From Octopus sinensis (lineage: Eukaryota), in NCBI RefSeq assembly GCF_006345805.1, contig NC_043017.1, positions 868,001 through 932,000 on the forward strand: 64,000 nt of DNA, written 5' to 3'. Position 1 is the stretch's first letter. Every line of letters begins with the position of its first letter. The translations under genes were made by a program, and so were the position numbers. Below, one piece after another: positions 57,015-64,000 of the stretch. A model generated the notes under the pieces. It made no database searches. It had not been told where the DNA came from and worked only from the letters and a program-made list of their open reading frames with translations.

Positions 57015-57529
57015 GTATGTATAAATTCTAAGAGTATAAACTCATTATAAAGTATATGGTATGGAATGTATTAAATATATTCAGTCACCACGTAATTTGA
57101 TTTCACTCTAATATCAATAACAGGGACTAGCAGTCTATGATGTGATGACAATGTTTCATACGGAAGTTGGGCGAGAAGATTGGTATGAACAAGTGATACT
57201 TAACCTATCGAAGTTCTTTCATCGAAGGGTGTTTTACAACCCACCTCCCCATCTATTTCGAAATAATAGACAGCAAAAGGAGAAGGTTATTTTATTGTAT
57301 AATTAATTTCAATTATATGCCATGTTTTAGAACCCATATTCGTATGTAACAACTCATACAAGTATTAGCCAAAAATAAACACAGTAACTAAGAGTGGCCA
57401 GTTGCATTTGTATGCAGGTGTATCAAATACCATACAACATAAGATATTGTTTTATCTAAAGTCTCTCAGCCTCTCGATGATTTATTATAATTACAAGTTT
57501 TAGTTTAGTTTGGCACTTCAGAGATTTCA

Positions 57530-57850
57530 CGGGAGGATGCTATCCATCGCGGTCCCCCATTCATGTCCTTAATTCTTCAAAATATGCCATTCCATTGTCT
57601 TGAAGCAAGTTGTTCACAGAGATTAGACGTTGTCTTTCCCTTTTGATTCTTCCTTCAAATGACTGCCGTAAGACTAGTGACACTCATGCTCTTTTGGGTG
57701 CCTCACTCAATGACCATTTAATCCTCATTTATCTCTGCTGAATCCCTTTTCCAGTTACTTTGGGTAGATCTTTATAAAGCTTCTCGTTGATTACATGAGC
57801 TCTCCAAATAGCAATTAAAACCAGTTCCACTTTTGAAGAGGTGCAATAAT
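57530..57850 (-). mobile_element. RTE-clade LINE 3' fragment
   Basis: WRAHVINEKLYKDLPKVT...GH*VRHPKE...SFEGRIKRERQRLISVNNLLQDNGMAYFEELRT resembles an RTE ORF C-terminus. Confidence 0.72.
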
Positions 57851-57887
57851 CTCAAGACTAAAAACGTTTCCAAAATTATGTATATAT

Positions 57888-58063
57888 ATTACATACATAT
57901 AAGAGGGATGACCTGTAATTGGACACCCACTATGCTAGAAGAAGCTCCGCTATGGTCTTACCACTAAGAAAGGAATGTTCTCCATTCTTAGTGGTAAGAC
58001 CATAGCAGATCTTCTAGCATGATGGATGTAACTTACAGGTCATGCCTCTTATATGTATGTAAT
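57888..58063. repeat. 176-bp palindromic (fold-back) element, MITE-like
   Basis: The whole span self-pairs. Inner stem 57949-57970 / 57985-58006 is a perfect 22 bp with a 14-nt loop. Confidence 0.92.
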
Positions 58064-58159
58064 AACATTTTTACTGGAACATCAGATTCTTCAATATGCT
58101 AGACCACTGGTTTTAAATTGATATTAATCAATTTACCATTCAATTTTTAATATTCAATT

Positions 58160-58238
<79 letters not shown>

Positions 58239-58428
58239 GAGAAGAAAATGGATATAATACGTTATTATATCCATTTTCTTCTCTTATATATCCTAAATTC
58301 CGGTTTACTAACCGAACCACCTGCTTCCGTACAACCTTACAAAAGACTGTGCCTACCCAGCTAATAGTTAGGAGCGACTCTGGATTTAATTATTTCTGAG
58401 ATGTATTAAACCCCTCTAACTGATACTT

Positions 58429-58480
<52 letters not shown>

Positions 58481-58762
58481 TTTTATTCTTTCCGTCCTTA
58501 TTTTTCTAAACATTCGCCGCTTTCTTCCAAGGAATCTAGTGGTCTTAGCTTAGTTTTTCTTTGCGGCTGACCAGATTGGAGCAATATCAAGAATACTCAG
58601 CCGAAAGTACGAGGATGATCTGGTTCTTGACAGAAGATAGAAAACTTCGCATGACCCGCCCTTGTTTTCTTTGTATCGTCTTTCTGGATGTTTTGTTGTC
58701 CCCTTTCTGTATTACCTAGTTGTCCGGATGTTTTGCGTTCTTGTCCCTTTTTTAATTATATA

Positions 58763-58802
<40 letters not shown>

Positions 58803-58806
<4 letters not shown>

Positions 58807-59066
58807 AACTCAGAACGTAGCCACAGACGAAATACCTATTTCTTTACTACCCACAAGGGGCTAAACACAGAGAGGACAAACAAGGACAAACTAACGGATT
58901 AAGTCGATTATATCGACCCCAGTGCGTAACTAGTACTTATTTTATCCGAAAGGATGAAAGGCAAAGTCGACCTCGGCGGAATTTGAACCCAGAACGTAAC
59001 GGCAGACGAAATATTGCTAAGCATCTTGCCGGGCGTGCTAACGTTTCTGCCAGATAGCCGCCTTAC
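58803..59066 (-). mobile_element. family-B SINE, dimeric organisation
   Basis: Reverse complement of the 41390-41725 structure, with two GAGTTCAAAT/GGTTCAAATTCCGCC B-box-like motifs. Confidence 0.82.
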
Positions 59067-60447
59067 TATAGAATAGAATAATAAGTCTAATGGTTTACTG
59101 AGTAAGTCCAACTTTGTGAAATGTTTTAGCTGGGATATCGCTATGTCGTTAAGGTAAACTTTATCACTTTAATGAATACCGAACGCTCGTTTAAATTCGT
59201 CGTTTGATTGGTCTCTAATCCATTCAATGTCAAAATAGATTAAGAATAACTACATATATCTTTCGTTCAATCGATATATTCTCTGACGCAATGTACCGTT
59301 CACGTATTCTCGTGAAGTTATTTCACTTCTAATATATATACACAAGTTCACACTTTGCAGACGAGCGTATAGTTGCGTATATAGTTGCGTATAGAGCATA
59401 TATAGTTGCGTATATAGAAACGTATGTAGATGTGTATAAATGCGAATAGAAATGCGTATAGCTCCAGTCCAGCATTTGATAGATAAGTTGTTTATTGAAA
59501 CATGACTCTCTATGTCGGACATATCCTTTCCGTATTCAAGACTATAGACCTAGATTATAAAAGGAGATGTTGTCGTTATTTCTAGCATGTCCGCAATCGC
59601 ATGGTCGTACCGAACATCATTACCATGAAAGTTATATACATGCAGATAGAGTTCGGAACCTGAAAGAAATGTTGTTGTTAGTTCCAGTATGTGAACCGAC
59701 CGCTTTTGCATCTCCCATGAAAATTGTACTTAAGATTGTAGACCAGTTGTTCTCAAACGGTGTCCACATGGCCCGTAATAGTCCATATTACGATGAACGT
59801 AAAACGAAGCTTGCTTTAGAAGCGCTGAAATGTCTTAGAAAGGTAAAGAAGTAATTTTAAATTCCCAAGCGCATGATAATGCCAATAATATACCCTGAAC
59901 AGGATAAACTACCCCTATTTTGCAGAAAAAAAGTGTTGGCAGCCGGCTATAAAACTCGAACTCACACCTCCGTGATAAGATTTTGTAGTTAAAATTTACG
60001 TGCAATAAATTGCTTATACTTCCACTATGGTCAAAGTATTTAAATTTTTTTCTTACTATTCCTAACAATATTTAATTATAAAAATAGCTTTCTTTTAAAT
60101 ATACAGTGGATGGCTGGGATCAAATGGGAGTATCGTCGTCTGTTAGAGGATAGCTACATTAAAACAGCCATAAGCAATAAATTTTGGTCCGTTCATTATT
60201 TCTATTTCGAACAAAGGTTCTCTAACAGACGATTTTCCTACTTACAAAATCAGTGTGTTTTCTATCTATTGCAAGCGAGGTAGTCCGTTGCTATGCCTGG
60301 CGACGAGTACTTGCCAACGAGGAGATCTAACGCAGATCGAAATCACTTGGTCTGGTGGTCTTGGAGTTAAGGTAGCCGTTATTTCCCGCTTGCAATAAAC
60401 ATCGAGTAATACATCCACACTGAATAAACCAGTTAGAGGTGATGTCC

Positions 60448-60482
<35 letters not shown>

Positions 60483-60679
60483 CAAACCAAGAAGTAAAAC
60501 ATTTTTTCAGAGGAATGGAAAACATCCAATTTTGACTGGTTGACTGGTTCTTAAATTATATACCACAAATAAAATGTTATAGTTACAATATACGAATATG
60601 AAAGGAAATAAAGAAATACATTTGACATGGTAAACATTTGTTTGCATTAGAATATAATAGAGTTATACTATAAAAAGAC

Positions 60680-60915
60680 ATAATGCAATATAACAAATAA
60701 TTAAAACAAATGTCAATCCAACAATTTCTTTCGACTCGCATCCACTGGTGAATTCGTGCACATTCACATTTATGCATATGAGTCTCCTCATATGCATATT
60801 ACCCTGAGGAGACTCATATGCATAAACGTGAATTTTTATAAATTCACTTGTGGATACGAGTCGAAACAAATTATTGGATTTGTATTTGTTTTAGTTATTT
60901 GTTATATTACATTAT
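60680..60915 (+). repeat. fold-back element (111-bp arms, 14-nt spacer) with hammerhead-like core
   Basis: 60680-60790 pairs with 60805-60915. The plus strand has CTGAGGA, the GACTC/GAGTC stem, GAAA, the ACAAAT/ATTTGT stem and a GTA triplet. Confidence 0.9.
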
Positions 60916-61023
60916 AGTATAATTTAATTATATTATAATGTAATAAATAAATATTTAATACGTGAATTTTATTTTTGTACTTTCTTTCATATTTATTTAT
61001 ATATATATATACACACGCACACA

Positions 61024-61065
<42 letters not shown>

Positions 61066-61066
<1 letters not shown>

Positions 61067-61245
61067 CGGGAAGCTTTATGAAAATAAACAAAAGACGAAG
61101 GCAGTGGAATACAAACAAACAATTGTATTAGTATGGCGCTCAGGAATATATATTAAACAAGTCTTTTACGTTTCGAGCCTACGCTCTTCAACAGAAAGAT
61201 ACACAGAAAAGAAACACGGAGAGAAACAAGGAAAGAAAAAAATGC
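61066..61245 (-). mobile_element. Penelope-like terminal fragment with variant minimal hammerhead motif
   Basis: Paralog of 7345-7520. Minus strand reads tcttt-CTGTTGA-A-GAGC-gtag-GCTC-GAAAC-GTA-aaaga at 61162-61199. Lies between (TA)n arrays. Confidence 0.62.
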
Positions 61246-61278
61246 GTGCAGAGGCTAGCGAATCAACTATATATATAT

Positions 61279-61320
<42 letters not shown>

Positions 61321-62480
61321 CCATAATGGAAACATGCACTGGGTATAACCCGCCGTTATTGTACTTTTTGCTGATCACTAAAGAAGTGTTAAACAAGATC
61401 ATTCGATGTTTCAGAAGCAATTTTGCGATCCTGGTGATATTTTCTTTAGGGAAACGCGTGTATGGTTTATAAAGGTTAGTACTCAATGCCTGTTCAATGT
61501 AATTTAATAATATGATACACCCCTATACACATGCACACACACAAACGTGTGCGTGACCGTGAACAAAGTTTGGTATTTGTGAGTTTGTGGTTTTGTGTGT
61601 GTGCTCCTATTATACATTATCGGAATTAACAAATTTCAATCCCTCTGTAGGGTTCTTAATTGATTCGCCTAAATTATAATCAAAGCCAAACTCTTTCAGT
61701 GTGCATACAATTACGCCTGTTTTAATTACAAACCTACACATGATTTCTACACTACAGTTAATTAAAAGTCAATTTTCTAATTAACAGTTTAGAAACATAT
61801 ACTTTCCGATCTGGCCACCAGCATTTCCATATTACCCTTTCATTGTAAAATTTACGAAACATTTAACAAAAATATTTTTGGTGAGAGTTGGTTAAGATGG
61901 TTGTGGCTGGGGTTTCTGTGTATTTATTTAAAAATTTTTTTTACCGATGGGATTATTTTTGTTTCGTAAATTTGTTTTCAAAATATCTATTATTTATTTT
62001 TAGCGAACATGTTGATCAAATGACAGGTTTCACCAAATATCATTAGCATTTTGTCGATTAGAATCATTCACACTGAAGAATTCCTCTTGCGATACTTTCC
62101 TGCGACTTTATCGTCAAACGTCTGTAGTATCGGAATTGTGAGCTCTTAATGCGGTGACCGAGTGCAGACAAAGAACAAGGTGAAGAGGATAATATCTATA
62201 GATTCAGTTTGCAACGCTCTAGGTATTGATAGGGAAAGTGTAATACCGGTTGCTTATGATAGGACCCTATAGACAATGTGTATGCAAGGACTCTACTACC
62301 AAGATCACACCGGGAATAGGGGAAGAAGATGGATGGACGGTTTAAACATATTGAATATATTTCTCCGATTTCCATTTCCTGTGAAGGAAATTATCGACGG
62401 GGTTGAGCAAGGGTAGTAACCATTACATCTAATTCTTCAAACATAAGACATTGTCGCTCCGGAATCTCTTCTCAACTTAC

Positions 62481-62553
62481 ATTTTCGTCTGAAGACGTCG
62501 ACTCAATTTGAATGTATGTATTACCGCCATCATTCTCACCAATCTCAGAAGAC
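62481..62553 (-). CDS. candidate 73-nt internal exon, product unidentified
   Basis: Acceptor ataaccgttacAG and consensus donor GTAAGT at 62480-62475. Frame SSEIGENDGGNTYIQIESTSSDEN is open. Confidence 0.25.
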
Positions 62554-62809
62554 CTGTAACGGTTATGGGGTTTACCTCTTCCCCTGGACTCGACTCGCAC
62601 ATGTTTATTCAATCAAATGTTTATTCAATCAAATCGATACAGGTTCTGACTTTTGAAGCTTTGTTGTTATCAAATCGTTTTGTTTTACCGAGGTTAAGCT
62701 ACGACGGCACGACTACGTATAAACAAAATAACGCCAATTGTCAAGCGAAAGTGGGGACAAATAAACAAACACACGCATTCTCTCTCTCTCTCTCTCCCAC
62801 ACACACACA

Positions 62810-62886
<77 letters not shown>

Positions 62887-63573
62887 CTGCGGCCTTTTCC
62901 ATCTTCCAAATCCGCCTACAAGGATTTACTTGGTCCGGGATTATTGTCGGAGACATTTTCCCGAGACCCCCAAGACAAACGCCATTGAGTAGAATGACAA
63001 ATCTGCGCCATTCTATTTTATATTGGAAGAAGTAAAGAATAGCGTCGTTGGTAGCAATTGACAGGTTTATACTGGTTTATATGTTCAGTGTATTTCTGAA
63101 GTAGAAAGTGAGAGTATTCAAGGGTAGTCAGTAACATGACGCATAAGAAATGTTGTGAAAGAATTTGTGATTGGCTCAGTGCACCATTCTTTGATCAGGC
63201 AATGTTTGTCTAGAACTACGCAATGCATTTTTGGCAAGTTTACCGTTTTTGATCAGAGAGTGCATGCGTACGATTCGCAATGAATTTGTGGTTATCTCAG
63301 CATTTCTGATCAAACGATGAGTGTCTAGGACTACGCAAAGAATTTGTGATACACTTACCATATTTCTTCAAGAGTGTGTGCATTTATGTTTCGGTAAAAA
63401 TTCGTGTTGTTTTTATTTTTCATCGGATAATGGGGTGTAGGAGGGAAAGGATCTGTGATAAACATTTTTAATTAGAAACTGTATACATTTCGGACGATGC
63501 TAAGAAGTTGTGATAAGCTTAACATACCTGATTTGACAATGAGATTCTAGAACTATACAAATAATTGTGATAA

Positions 63574-63967
63574 GGCGTAGGAGTGGCTGAGTGGTAAGTA
63601 GCTTGCTTACCAACCACATGGTTCCGGGTTCAGTTCCACTGCGTGGCACCTTGAGCAAGTGACTTCTACTATAGCCTCGGACCAACCAAAGCCTTGTGAG
63701 TGGATTTGGTAGATGGAAACTGAAAGAAGCCAGTCGTATATATGTTTATATATGTATGACTTTGTATATGTTTGCGTGCCTGTGTTTGTCACACCAACAT
63801 CGCTGGTGTGTTTACGTCACCGTAACTTAGCGGTTCGGCAAAAGAATCCGATTGAATAAGTACTAGGCTTCCAAAGAATAAGTCCTGGGGTCGATTTGCT
63901 CCACTAGAGGCGGTGCTCCAGCATGACCGCAGTAAAATAACTGAAGCAAATAAAAGAGTAAAAGAGT
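63574..63967 (+). mobile_element. full-length family-C composite SINE
   Basis: GGCGTAGGAGTGGCTGAGTGGTAAG head, GGGTTCAGTTCC B box, CACCTTGAGCAAGTGACTT CORE-like box, about 50-bp microsatellite, 3' module and (GTAAAAGA)2 tail. Confidence 0.9.
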
Positions 63968-64000
63968 ATAAGCTTTACATTTTTGAACATAAAATATGTG

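Noticed and set aside
59365-59420. TATAGTTGCGTA 12-bp repeats
   Set aside because: Ordinary short minisatellite derived from a TA-rich tract.
59567-59854. 95-aa non-repetitive ORF
   Set aside because: No recognisable domain, and it crosses a hAT-like terminus (CAGTTGTTCTCAAAC near 59740).
60247-60420. GC-richer island with splice-like signals on both strands
   Set aside because: All three minus-strand frames hit stops before the donor, and the plus-strand reading has only weak signals. It cannot be separated from a non-coding element.

Overview
AT-rich, repeat-saturated animal genomic DNA, most likely from an octopus or related coleoid. This is an inference from the extreme (TA)n/(CA)n/(GATA)n/(TACA)n load and the tRNA-derived SINE families. 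No intact host gene can be supported. Most of the supplied ORFs are microsatellite translations, and only three weak minus-strand exon candidates were found, so the window is probably intronic or intergenic. Mobile elements recognised: (1) a full-length irritans-type DD34D mariner at 46166-47452 whose only three frameshifts are single-base losses in G/C runs; (2) an internally deleted mellifera-type mariner at 53842-54404; (3) DD37D (maT) relics; (4) a hAT-like transposase relic; (5) a PHD-finger relic; (6) 3' fragments of RTE, CR1/L2 and R4/Dong LINEs; (7) at least three SINE families, one carrying an internal microsatellite. The structural highlights are a recurring class of short fold-back elements and Penelope-like termini with hammerhead-ribozyme-like cores (best example 60680-60915), a 346-bp inverted duplication whose junction holds a 25-bp templated insertion copied from about 0.9 kb upstream (23374-24162), and a 1.05-kb near-identical tandem duplication that may be an assembly artefact. 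All family assignments are by-eye motif recognition; no searches were run, and most repeat boundaries are approximate to about 10-20 bp.
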